From assembly GCF_006345805.1 (NCBI RefSeq), contig NC_042997.1, forward strand, positions 45,012,001 through 45,076,000: DNA of 64,000 bases. The letters are read 5' to 3'. The notes beneath the pieces are model-generated. The model ran no database searches and was not told where the DNA came from. It saw only the letters and a list, made by a program, of their open reading frames with translations. Position 1 is the first letter of the stretch. The number at the start of each line of letters is the position of its first letter. The translations under genes were made by a program, and so were the position numbers. The DNA is from Octopus sinensis. Taxonomy: Eukaryota. Of this stretch, positions 12,901 to 26,047 are shown in pieces.

Positions 12901-15900
12901 TGAAAATCGTATAATACTAAACATATTACAGGGTTATCACAAAGAAATTTATTAATTTTAGTGTACTTTCTAAAGGGAGCTATACAAACTGTATATTATT
13001 GTAAATTGACAATTGACACTAAATAATTGCAGTACACTAGCAAAGTTACAAAAATAAAAATGATAAAGGTTATCTCTGTCTTTTTTAAGGGTATTTTTCA
13101 ATTTTGCCATCCATCCAACAATATGTGTGTGAATGTGTGGGTGTGTGCATATACATACATTTTATATATACATACATATATATATACATACATACATATG
13201 TATACATACATATATATATATATATATAAACTGTACTAGGAGAAGAAGAAACGAAATGAAACGCTCAGTCTTTTTTTCTCTCCTTCTTTCTGTGTTTTTT
13301 TTCTCTCTGTGTATCTTTCTGTTGAAGAGCGTAGGCTCGACTTGTTTTATTTATATTTCCTGAGCGCCATACTAATACAATTGTTTGTTTGTTTTCCACC
13401 TGCCTTCGTCTTTTGTCTATTTTCATAAAGCTTCCCGTTATATATATATTTATATATATATATATATATATATATCTGCATTTATATATCTGTGTATGTA
13501 CATATATATAAATATGCTGGACTCTCCTGTTGAAGACAATGTTGAAGATAATGATGGTGATGATGATCTTTGTAACTTTAGACACAAGGCCTGAAATTTG
13601 GGTGGGGGGGGGAGAAGGTAAGTTAACTGCATTGACCCCAGTGCTGAACTGGTACTGATTTTATTGACACCGAAAGGACAAAAAGTGAAGTCAATCTTGA
13701 TGGAATCTGAAGAACCCTGACTGTAAAGAGCCAGAAGATATGACACTCAGCATTTTGTCTGACATGCTAACAATTCTCTCAGTTCACCACTGATGATAAT
13801 AACAACTCACTAGATAATAAGTTCTTATTTCTAAGTACAAATCTACTGCAGATGGTTTTATTCTTTATTCTTTTATTCTTTTACTTGTTTCAGTCATTTG
13901 ACTGCGGCCATGCTGGAGCACCGCCTTTAGTCGAGCAAATCGACCCCGGGACTTATTCTTTGTAAGCCCAGTACTTATTCTATCGGTCTCCTTTGCTGAA
14001 CCGCTAAGTTACGGGGACGTAAACACACCAGTATCGGTTGTCAGCAATGCTACGTGGACAAACACAGACATACACACATATATATATATATACATATATA
14101 CGACAGGCTTCTTTCAGTTTCCGTCTACCAAATCCACTCACAAGGCATTGGTCGGCCCGGGGTTATAGCAGAAGACACTTGCCCAAGATGCCACGCAGAA
14201 CCCAGAACCATGTGGTTGGTTAGCAAGCTACTTACCACATAGCCACGCCCGTTTTTTAAAAATCTTTTTTCACTTTTTATGTTTTTGAGTCTGACGTTAC
14301 ATTTTCTGTGCTATAGTTTAGCTAGTTAACAGGTCTTAGAACTCATGAAGAAATTACTTGAATATGCATCCCACTGCCACTCCATATTCATCACTTACAC
14401 AACTCTGTTCACCCCTTCCCTGATATCAGTCACCATTACTATGCCACCACATTTCCCTCATACCAACACTTTTTGCACCCTTCTCATTTTATCAAATAAT
14501 AGCCTAACTGACCGTTTCAATTTTATGGGTTAGAGGATAAGATGAAAAATTCTTGTAAAACAACTTTGTTGATATTAAGTTAGTGTCTGGAAAATAAATT
14601 AATATGAAAATTTTGATAAAAGGTTTTAAACTCAATCACTTTAAAATGAGAAGTTTGTGTCATAAGCATAGAGGTGATCTCTGGCAGGTTGATGCCAAAT
14701 GGCTCAAAGACTTAGGTTTACTGTGACAGAAAATCTGGAATGAAATATCAGATCAGCCTCCATATTTTTGATTTAATTCTATCGATATTGGTATTTGTGA
14801 AAAAAAAAAAAATATATAAACACTTTAAAAATAAATAAAAAATGTTATAAAAGGGTTACAAATTTTTTTTTTGTGTAGATCTTTATAGAAAGACTTTCTC
14901 ACCATCCAGCTGATACGGAATGCTGTCTCATTGATAGCTTGAACTGTAACATTTCCAGGAGGTCTACTGGGTGGAGCAGGACTTGTTTGAAACAGTCGAG
15001 ATGGCTCACTGTGGTTACTACGACCGGCAGTGTTTTCAGCTATGATGCGAAGACGATAATGTGTGTAAGGGAATAGATTCGGAATTCTCAGGGTTGTAGC
15101 ATCGGGAGCAGATACGCTGTAGATTTTTTTCCATTTCTTATCTGAATTAACCTGAGCTTCAATTATCCACTGGGTAATGGAAGTTTTACCATCAAAACCT
15201 GGAGTGAATCTTAGTTGGCAAGATCTGGGATGAATGTTACTGATTCCTAAGCTGCTTGGTGCTCCAGGAGGCACTATGGCACAAAGAAAAAAAGTAAAAT
15301 TAAAAGACAAAAATGTAAGCAAAATAGTGATAATAAAAGGTGAAGATTAAAATAGTGTAATCCAATAGGTATTCTTTATCTGACGATAATAATGATGTAG
15401 TATCTACATAGAGATGGCTGTGTGGTTAAGGAAGTTGCTTGTGAATAGATTTGGAACAAAGAAACTGTTACGAAATTAAACCTGTGTGTGTGTGTGTGTG
15501 TGTATGTGTGTGCGTGTGTGTGTGTGTGTGGCCTATCTTGTTGTCTCATGATAGTAAGCAAGTGAGGCGCAATGGCTCAGTGGTTAGGGCAGCAGACTCG
15601 CGGTCATAGGATCGCGGTTTCGATTCCCAGACCGGGTGTTGTGAGTGTTTATTGAGCGAAAACACCTAAAGCTCCACGAGGCTCCGGCAGGGGATGGTGG
15701 TGATCCCTGCTGTACTCTTTCACCACAACTTTCTCTCACTCTTACTTCCTGTTTCTGTTGTACCTGTACTTCAAAGGGCCGGCCTTGTCACTCTCTGTGT
15801 CACGCTGAATATCCCCGAGAACTACGTTAAGGGTATACGTGTCTGTGGAGTGCTCAGCCACTTACACGTTAATTTCACGAGCAGGCTGTTCTGTTGATTC

Positions 15901-18900
15901 GGATCAACCGGAACCCTCGTCGTCGTAACCGACAGAGTGTCTCTTTTAGTAAGCAAGTGTCATCTTCATACAAATAGTGTCAGTCATTTCCAGTCTTTTG
16001 TGAAAATAGGTCAAACCAAATGGAAATATTGCTGCAATTGGAAAACTTTTCAGCTGTAGAAAATTTGCTTCAGCAAAATCCATCTAATCCAATGGAAGCA
16101 CCACCTTTAATCGAGCAAATCGACCCTGGGACTTATTCTTTTTTGTAAGCCCAGTACTTATTCTATCGGTCTCTTTAGTCGAACCGCTAAGTGACGGGGA
16201 CGTAAACACACCAGCATTGGTTGTCAAGCAATGCTAGGGGGACAAACACAGACACACAAACACATACACACACATACACATATATATATATACATACATA
16301 TATACGATAGGCTTCTTTCAGTTTCCGTCTACCAAATTCACTCACAAGGCATTGGTCGGCCCGGGGCTATAGCAGAAGACACTTGCCCAAGATGCCACGC
16401 AGTGGGACTGAACCCGCAACCATGTGGTAGGTTAGCAAGCTACTTACCACACAGCCACTATTTGTTTTAATCAAGGGACTGTGACCATGTTGGGGTACCA
16501 TCTTGAATAATTTTAGTTGAATGAATCGACCCCAGTGCTTAGTTATTTTTTTTAAGCCTGATAATTTTGTATCACTTTCTTTTGTTAAACTGCAAAGTTA
16601 TAAGAATGTAAATCCACTAACACCAATTCTCAAGCAGTGGTGGGGTATAATTAAAGACACAAACACTCACCCACATATATACACATACAATAGGCTTCTT
16701 TCAGTTTCCATCAACCAAATCCATTCACAAGGCTTTGGTTGGCTTAAGTCACTTGCCCATGGTGCCCACGGTTCCACATAGTGGGACTGAACCTGGAACC
16801 ATGTGATTGGGAAACCACACAGCCTACATTTGTACCTAGACATAAAATCTTTTAAAACCTTAGATTAATAATAAACTCATGTATGTATGCACACCTGTGT
16901 GTATGTGTGTGTGTGTGTGTGTAAAAAGTTAAAAGTAAATGGATTCTTTATTAATTTTAATGATGAATATTCCAGAAGTGATGCTAAACAAATGAGAAAT
17001 GATATAGTAATCACAAGACTTCCAATAATCTATAAAATAACGAGCTGAATTACTCTGCGTCGCCTGAGTTAATGACTCAGAGAATTAACAGTAACATCAA
17101 AAAGCTCTTTATTTAAGTTACAGTAAATCTTTTCGAAAAAAACACTCAACAAAATTTCAGACTAAGAACACTTTGTAAACCTTTTTATTTTCCTTCTTTT
17201 AAGAACATATTTTTGCTTGATATCCAAATTCCAAACATATGTAAAAAATTATACACAAATTCAAATCTTTTACATCATTTTCCAATTTCTGCTTAAACTA
17301 ATCTTTACCCTAACTCAAAATTGTAATTCTAAGCCCTAATATGAAACCCTAACATTAAATGTTAATCCTTAGCTCTTACCTTAAAACTTAACTTAAGACT
17401 CTTATACTAATTTTATCCCTCAAATATATAATACTAATCCTAACATTAAATTCTAAACCCAACCCCCAACGCTAGTGCTAATTTTTGTGTGGAATCACAA
17501 TCTCCTATGTTTGAAGCATATACTTCTAGAAAAAAATCCAGAACATTAAAATAGCTACCATACATAACTTTAAAATAAGGCAGGATGAAAAAGTGAGAAG
17601 AAATCGCAATTTTTAAAAACTTTTTATTTGCAGAATTGTAATGTCTGGTTACAACGTCAAAAGGGATAACATACTAAGTGATAACATTTTTCCCTTTAGA
17701 AATCTGTCTGACTTTGCAACAGATGAATGAGTGATAATAATTTTTGAAGTAATAAAAAAAAAATTGATAAGGTATTTCACTTCAATGTTGACTTGAAGCA
17801 TTGTCTTTGTGAAAAGAAAAGTGATCTGGCGCTAAGTATTTAGCAGACAATAATTTCTTTATCATTTGCTCATAAATGGAAAAAAAAGGAGTACTTTGGT
17901 TACTTCTGGATAATTTCGGTCCAAACATTGTCAAATACCTGTCTATATAGATTTGTGAGTGTGTGTGTTAAAGAGAGAGAGAGAGGAAGAGAGAGAGAGA
18001 AACAAAAGAGAGAAAGACATTGAAAGTGCGTGCAGGTGTATCCCTGAATGACAGCTGTATTAATGTTACCATCCCACTGCCACTCCATATTCATCACTTA
18101 CACAACTCTGTTCACCCCTTCCCTGATATCAGTCACCATCACTATGCCACCACATTTCCCTCATACCAACACTTTTTGCACCCTTCTCATTTTATCAAAT
18201 AATAGCCTAACTGACCGTTTCAATTTTACGGGTTAGAGGATAAGATGAAAAATTCTTGTAAAATAACTTTGTTGATATTAAGTTAGTGTCTGGAAAATAA
18301 ATTAACCCCTTACCGAATAATTATTTAAAAAATAAATGTATTTTTTCAGACATATTTTCTATATGACATATTTTTTATAATATGACATATTTTTTATAAT
18401 AGACGAAGGAACTCGTTTGCTGTCGATTTTGGCGAGTCTATCTTTTGACGAGTTAACTCGCCAGAGATAGAAAAAAAATGATTTCGGTCAAAACGCATAT
18501 ATTCGTTTCTGCCGGGTAAGGGGTTAATATGAAAATTTTGATAAAAGGTTTTAAACTCAATCACTTTAAAATGAGAAGTTTGTGTCATAAGCATAGAGGT
18601 GATCTCTGGCAGGTTGATGCCAAATGGCTCAAAGACTTAGTTATTCAATTTCAAGGAACTAAAGCTAAAACGGACAGTTGTGAAGATCTTATAAAACAAG
18701 GCCGATTGCAACACGCATATTGTCTTAATTATAGTAAATAAATGCTATTATGTTATGACAGACATATAGTCATCTTACCTGGTGTAAATCCTGAACGAAC
18801 ATCTGCAGAATAGAAGGGGCCACGGCCAACTCTTGTCCGTGCAGCTACAGAAATTGTGTATACTGTCGTTGGTTTCAGTGACGGGATTTTGTAACTTAAC

Positions 18901-21900
18901 TGCTGAGGACTAAAGGGCTTAGAATTTACATTGGTGGAATTCTTTTCAACGTACTCCAAAATATAACCTGCAATGGAAACATTGAATTCAGTCTGCATTT
19001 TAGTGTTAAGAAAAGATTTCAAACTTTTTTTTATATTTGCTGAGTCTGAAGGAAAACCAACAGGCATTTTAGTGTTAAGAAAGGATTGCAAGGATTGTGC
19101 TTTTATTTGCTAAGCGTGGAAGAGAACCAACTGGCAAGGTGAACCAGAGGTAGAGTGCAAACAAGACGGTTGGATGACATTCATGAGCTTGGTTGGTCTT
19201 GCTTGAGGATCCAAGAAGATCAATTGGAGATGGTCGCTTCTGACAGGCCTAATAGAAAGCAGGATTAAGGGCTCCGCCTGCATGATCCTCCCAGGAATAA
19301 ATGGGCAAAGAAGATGAGAGGAAGTGACAGTCTGGGAGAAGGGGATAGAGCCTATGACTCACTCAAACTGGTGAGTTTGATGTCATTGATGTTCCATTTA
19401 AAATGTTACAGAAAGACACAAGCATGGAGAAGATTCTTGAGAGCCAATGTTCTGGGGATGAAGGACAGTAGTTAGTGAGAGGAGGTAGGAGTAGGACACA
19501 TCAGACTAGGTGTGATGAAATGAGGCCATTATAGTAGAAAATTGAAACAACATTTATTACAAGGTGAGTGGGTAGTGTTTATACTTTGATAGTTACCCCG
19601 TAAGAGCAGTGAGTTAAAAAGAATAGGAAACAAATTAAACTACTGACTTTATGCTAACATGATCCTTAAAAAAGAGAATAAAATAAACAAGCAGATTTAT
19701 GCTCAATGTGCTTTCTGGCTTCTATCTCATTATGTACTCAGAAAGACCCAAAATTAGACAAAGGGAAACTTGCCTCTATTTTTTTTTTCTTTTACATATG
19801 TAGAGATAGTAGTTGAATATATTTTCCACTACCGAATTCTACAGCTACAATGTGTGAGTGAGAGAGCACATTTCCATTACATTATGGAATTACCTTGTAA
19901 GAGCAGTTAGTCAAAGTAAATACTTCCTTTTCCATACAATATGTATTTCTGTTATATTTCATTTACAAGAATCAGCATAAAATTTTGACCCTGCCCCAAT
20001 AAAAAAATAATGTTTCATTTTAGTTTAATTATTATTAATAAACATTTAAGTCTTTGTGATGTGTAAAAAAAAAAAAAAAGAAGCCTAATTCACCTACCTT
20101 GCAGGTCCCCTAGCTATGTCAATTCTTCTCAGCCAGGATATATCCATAGGAACCCTACTTACCTATGGCCAGAATCTAACAGAAAATTCCCTCAACTCAC
20201 ATTTCCACCATATCTGCCCTGAGTTACTGCCCCAAAGTAAAAGAAGCTCATGCTAGTCATCCTTCTGCTCACATCACCTCCCTTACTCCTCTCATTTCAG
20301 CAAGGCCCCTTGGCTCTTTGCATGATGTCACTGACCCTATACTTCCAGTTCACTCTAGTCCCGCAGTTTCATAGGTTCAGTAAAGTTTGAGACTCCAGAG
20401 ATAATACTTAAACAATGAATTATGCAAATAAATTTAACACAACTAAAATTTAGCACATAAAAAGCACCATCCGAACATGGCCGATGCCAGCGCTGCCCCG
20501 ACTGGCTTCTGTGCCAGTGGCACATAAAAAGCACCATCCGAACGTGGCTGTTGCCAGCGCCGCCTTGGCTGGCTTCCGTGCTGGTGGCACGTTAAAGCTC
20601 CAACCGATCGTGGCTGATGCTGGACGCCCCCTAGCACCTGTGCAGGTGGCACGTAAAAAGCACCCACTACACTCGCGGAGTGGTTGGCATTAGGAAGGGC
20701 ATCCAGCTGTAGAAACTCTGCCAGATCAGACTGGAGCCTGGTGCAGCCCCTGGCTTCCCAGACCCCGGTCGAACCGTCCAACCCATGCTAGCGCAGAAAA
20801 CGGACGTTAAACGATGATGATGATGATGACAACTAAGGTACATAAAGCATTGATAATAGTAGTGTCCTATAGGTATTATTTAACCCTTTTGTTACAGTAT
20901 TTCTGTTGAAATACACTGTTTCCATTCATGTGAAAAACAAGGAAGAAGTTGGTAAAATAACTTTGAAAAAAAAATAGTAATATGAAATTTTCCAGGAAGT
21001 TTTTTTAATTAGGTCACTTTAACCCTTTAGCATTCAAATTATTCTGTCACAAGTAATGCTTATTTATTCACATTGTTTGAACCCTTTCATCACTGCATTT
21101 ATTTTGTGATGTTCTGTGTTTCTTTCAATTAATTTTAAAGATAACAAAGAATTTATTAAAATAAGTTAAAAAGCCCCCACTACACTCACGGAGTGGTTGG
21201 CGTTAGGAAGGGCATCCAGCTGTAGAAACATTGCCAGATAAGACTGGAGCCTGGTGCAGCCTTCTGGCTTCCCAGATCCCCGGTCGAACCGTCCAACCCA
21301 TGCTAGCATGGAAAGCGGACACTAAACGATGATGATGATGATGATGATGAACTTAATTATCATTAAGCTAGTGTTAGGAACATAAATTGTGACTAAGGTT
21401 TGGTGGAAGATTTTTATTCAAAACTTACAAAAAGAAGATATTTGTACTCAGAGCCAGAGCCGGTTTCGGCTGGGTTGGTAACAAAAGCGTTAAATTATCT
21501 TGTAATTTCGAGATTTTGATGAAGCAACTGTTAATTTTTTAGAATGACATTGTAGGGTAGAATTGAGAAACCAGATCTGACAAGAATATTTTGGCCAGAT
21601 ATGGCCAGTTTAAATACTAATGGGCTAAACCAGGAAGTTTAAATCAAGGGTAGTCTCAAACAGGTTGTTATGAAAAGGTTTAACCCTTTAGCTTTTAAAC
21701 CAGCCATATCCGGCCAAAAGTATTCTGCCCGTTTTATGTTCAAACTGGCCAGATCTGGTCTCTCACACCAACCCTACAATATCGTTTTAAAAATTAACAG
21801 CTACCTCATCAAATTCTCATTGCTAAAAGATAATGCTGGATTAGTTCAAAACAAAGTGGATGAAAAAGCTTTAATTTTGGTAGAATAATGCGAACACTAA

Positions 21901-22454
21901 TGGGTTAAAGAAACACATTCTGTCAGCTTACCTAGAAGAATACCATTTTTCTTAAGTGGTGCTTTCCATATCACTACAACGGAACGGTCTGTAACATTCT
22001 TGAAGCCAATATGCGCTACTTTATCAGGAACTAAAAAATATCGACAAGATGTACTTTCTTAGAAAAATTCAATGAAATCGTATTAAGAAAATAAAAATAG
22101 GAAAATGAGAAATTTCTTCGATATATTTAGTGAAACATTTAGAAGCAAACACATATATCATTCTTGTTCATGAAAAGGTTAAGTAACTGACTGTCTGACA
22201 AGTGAATGATAGAAATGTTTATCTTTTTATCATACCTGTGAATATGTGTTGTGTATGTTAAGAACAGAGTCAGCTTGAGCAGAAAATAAACATTAGGTTT
22301 GTAAGTTGGGGGAAATTTGAATGCCATGTGAATGCCATGTGAATGAAAGTGTTGTTCATTTACAACCATAGCAAAATGTTGTATCTAGACTAGAGTACAA
22401 CACACACGCACACACATATACACATACACAATTCTTCACACAAACACATGCTCG

Positions 22455-22489
<35 letters not shown>

Positions 22490-23587
22490 GTATATGATGG
22501 GTTTCTTTCAGTTTCTGCACAACAAATCTATTCACAATGCTTTGGTTGGTCTGAGGCTATAATGGATGCTGTGCAGTGGGACTGAACCCAAGACCTCATG
22601 GCAGGGAAGCAAACTCTTTAAACACACAACTGCACCTGCATTTAATACAAAATAATCTTTGTAACTGAGAGAAAACGGGAGCTATATGACCCTTAAAGAC
22701 ATTTTTGTTCATGAGATGAAATATTATAACATATAACGTGTGTGTGTGTGAATGAGTGTGTGTGTATGCATGTATATATATATATATGTATGAAAAGCAA
22801 GCCCAGTAACTGAGACACACAATCATTTAAGTGACACAAGTTTCTACTTTTAGATTTTTTTTACAAGGTGAGTGACACCCAAGAACAAAAAGCCTTTTGG
22901 ACACTGTATACGTGATTTATATAAATGAGTACAAAATATATAATTTCAAGAATTATTTTAATGTTTTGTGATAGACAAAATACTTACAATCTTCCAAAGT
23001 TCTTACAGTTATAGGCACGCTTTCTGGGCCGGAACCTTTCAAAGTGTAGCTGTCAACCGTGAGTCTGTAATTAGCAAACTTCTCTAGATTTCCAATATAA
23101 CCTTCTTGCCATCCGTACCGTTTCTCAGAATTTACCGTTATTTGTACAGATACTGTTTCAGCACCAGATTCTTTATCTATAGGACGGGCAATGATATGGT
23201 ACCCTGGTGAAAAATAAAATGGTGTTACAAACGTTTATAACATATTTATTGAAGGACGTTGCTGAAAAAATATTTTTCTTGTCTCTAAGAATTTAAAACT
23301 AAGATTAACACAATTTATCTTTCATAGGAAAAAAGGAAAAGATGATATGACAATGAAACTAAAAGAATCAATAATTGTATTTATTTTACTTGTTTCAGTC
23401 ATTTGACTGCGGCCATGCTGGAGCACCGTCCTTAGTTGAGAAAATCGACTCCAGGACTTATTCTTTGTAAGCCTAGTACTTATTCTATCAGTCTCTTTTG
23501 GCAAACCACTTAGTTACAGGGACGTAAATACACCAGCATCGGTTGTAAGCAATGTTGGTGGGGGGACAAACACAGACACACAAACAT

Positions 23588-23648
<61 letters not shown>

Positions 23649-26016
23649 AACACATGACAGGCTTCTTTCAGTTTCCGTCGACCAAATCCACTCACAAGGC
23701 TTTGGTCGGTCCAAAGCTATAGCAGAAGACACTTGCCCAAGGTGTCACACAGTAGGACTGAACCCTGAACCATGTGATTGGTAAGCAAGCTACTTACCAC
23801 ACAACCACTCCTGCACCTATGACGAAATATTTTCATGTTTTTGGTATAACTATTGTCAATAATCTACACTGTGCACAGGTACAATTGTGCTCCCAGTTTT
23901 GGTTTATACTAAATGACTATTACGGTCTAATAGATCATAAACATTCATCCATACACTTCACATGTTGGTCAACATCTCTTCAACTGCTCCGCTAATCCAA
24001 CTGTATAAATATAATGAACCAATGGCTGAATGGTTTCAACACAAATTGAAGCATTGGACTTCTAGCTGGGCAACAACAATGATAATACGCAACAACTAAG
24101 ACTGTGTTATGTTTTAAGCCTCAGTTCTCTACACATTGTAAATATGAATAAGAAAGTTCTTGACTCTTTGAAGATGAAACCTGCAGATACTATTGCACTG
24201 AAGTAGTCGGACCTAATTTTACAATGTAGAGAAAGAATATAGAATATAAGAATACAGAAGGAAAAGGGTGCTACATATACAGAATAAAGGCATTGTATGG
24301 AAACCCCCCCCCCCCCCACCTCACCATCCTCAAATGGGTGTTATATGTTAAGAAAAAGGATATTATTATTTAAATTGTCAAAAAAAAAACTTAATCTGGA
24401 ATAAACAGAGAAAAGTATATGTATACTGGACAGGCATGTACCTTCTTGACTTTTTAGTACAAACACCACAAGCTGAGGGAGCTAGTCATTTATCTTGTAA
24501 GGGTTAAGTAAATATTAAGATGGAATATATATATATATATATAAGTTCAGCAAAATTTAGATTCAAATGAATAAGGTACTTAAGTTAGATGCACCAGAAT
24601 TCTGTATGGTGTTATCCATATAAATCCAGGGGGTGATTATAATCAAAATAAGCAACAAGAATAACTTCGGTAATTTGGTACAATCGTTTCGCACTACATC
24701 ATTTTATTAAATGTTGTAAGTATTACAACAGTTTTAAAGTGCTGAGCACTCATCAGCCATTAATAGAGGTTTTCCCTTAATACATAATTTTCATATCAAG
24801 TGGTAACATTATAGAGAAGGTAGATACATAGACAAAGATGTGGATTTAAATTTTAAGAACATTTGAGGTAGTGGAGCTTATCAACTCAATGTTCTTAAAA
24901 TTTAAATCCACATCTTTGTCTATGTATCTACCTTCTCTATAATGTTACCACTTGATATGAAAATTATGTATTAATGGAAAACCTCTATTAATGGCTGATG
25001 AGTGCTCAGCACTTTAAAACTGTTGTAATACTTACAACATTTAATAAAATGATATAGTGCGAAACGATCGTACCAAATTACCCAAGTTATTCTTGTTGCT
25101 TATTTTGATATATATATAGATACATGTACACACAGAGAATCACATAAATACATATGTTATTAATTTTTACTGCTATGCACAACTAACCATTCCACTATGA
25201 GCCAAAGAGGAAGCTTCTACATGCTCTGCTAAAAGTAGCAGTGAAATCTCCCTCAAATTATGTACAACTATCTTTAAAAAACGTTGGTTACATTGGATAA
25301 TGTAGTTTTAGATGTATTTTTTGAAAAGAAGCCAGGTAGCTTATTCTGACATAGAGCTAAGTAACAACTAAAATGAATTGCTAGAACAATTATTGTAGCA
25401 AAACACTTTAGTGTGCTTTTGTTTAGAAACAAGGACAAAACACATTGCTAAAATTGCCAAGAAGGCTGAGGGTGTCTTGACATCACTCACTAAGTCCTTT
25501 GTGAGCTGCTCTCTGGCTATCTATCTGAGGCTTTATATAGCTATGGTGTGACCTCACCTGGAATTTGCATCACCGGTCTGGAACCCCTATCTTGCCCAGA
25601 ATATTAGTCGCCTGGAAACCGTTCAGCGACGTGCAACCAAGAGAATACTCTCCATCAGGCATTTGCCATATTCTGAATGCCTTCCTTGGGCATGGATACA
25701 TTGAAACTCCAACGTCTGGCAGCTGACTTGGCAGACACCCATAAAATTATTAACCATCTTACAAACAATAACCCAGGAATATAGATTGGGAATTTCCCAA
25801 TTTATATTCCTGTATGTTATATTTTAATAATTACTGATATCTTTATATATTAATATTTTATATGTAAAGCATAATACGTTATACATGTATGTATATTCTT
25901 GTAATTGTTATTTTAGTAAATAAATAAGTTGACATAATATAAAGTCTAAAAGTTGATGAACCACCAATTAATCCCCTCCATTTTCTTATTGCTCTCTCCC
26001 TCTCCTTCTCTCTCTC

Positions 26017-26047
<31 letters not shown>

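Noticed and set aside
15565-15640. tRNA genes at SINE heads
   Set aside because: A and B boxes are present, but there is no complete cloverleaf and the sequence continues into SINE bodies with TSDs.
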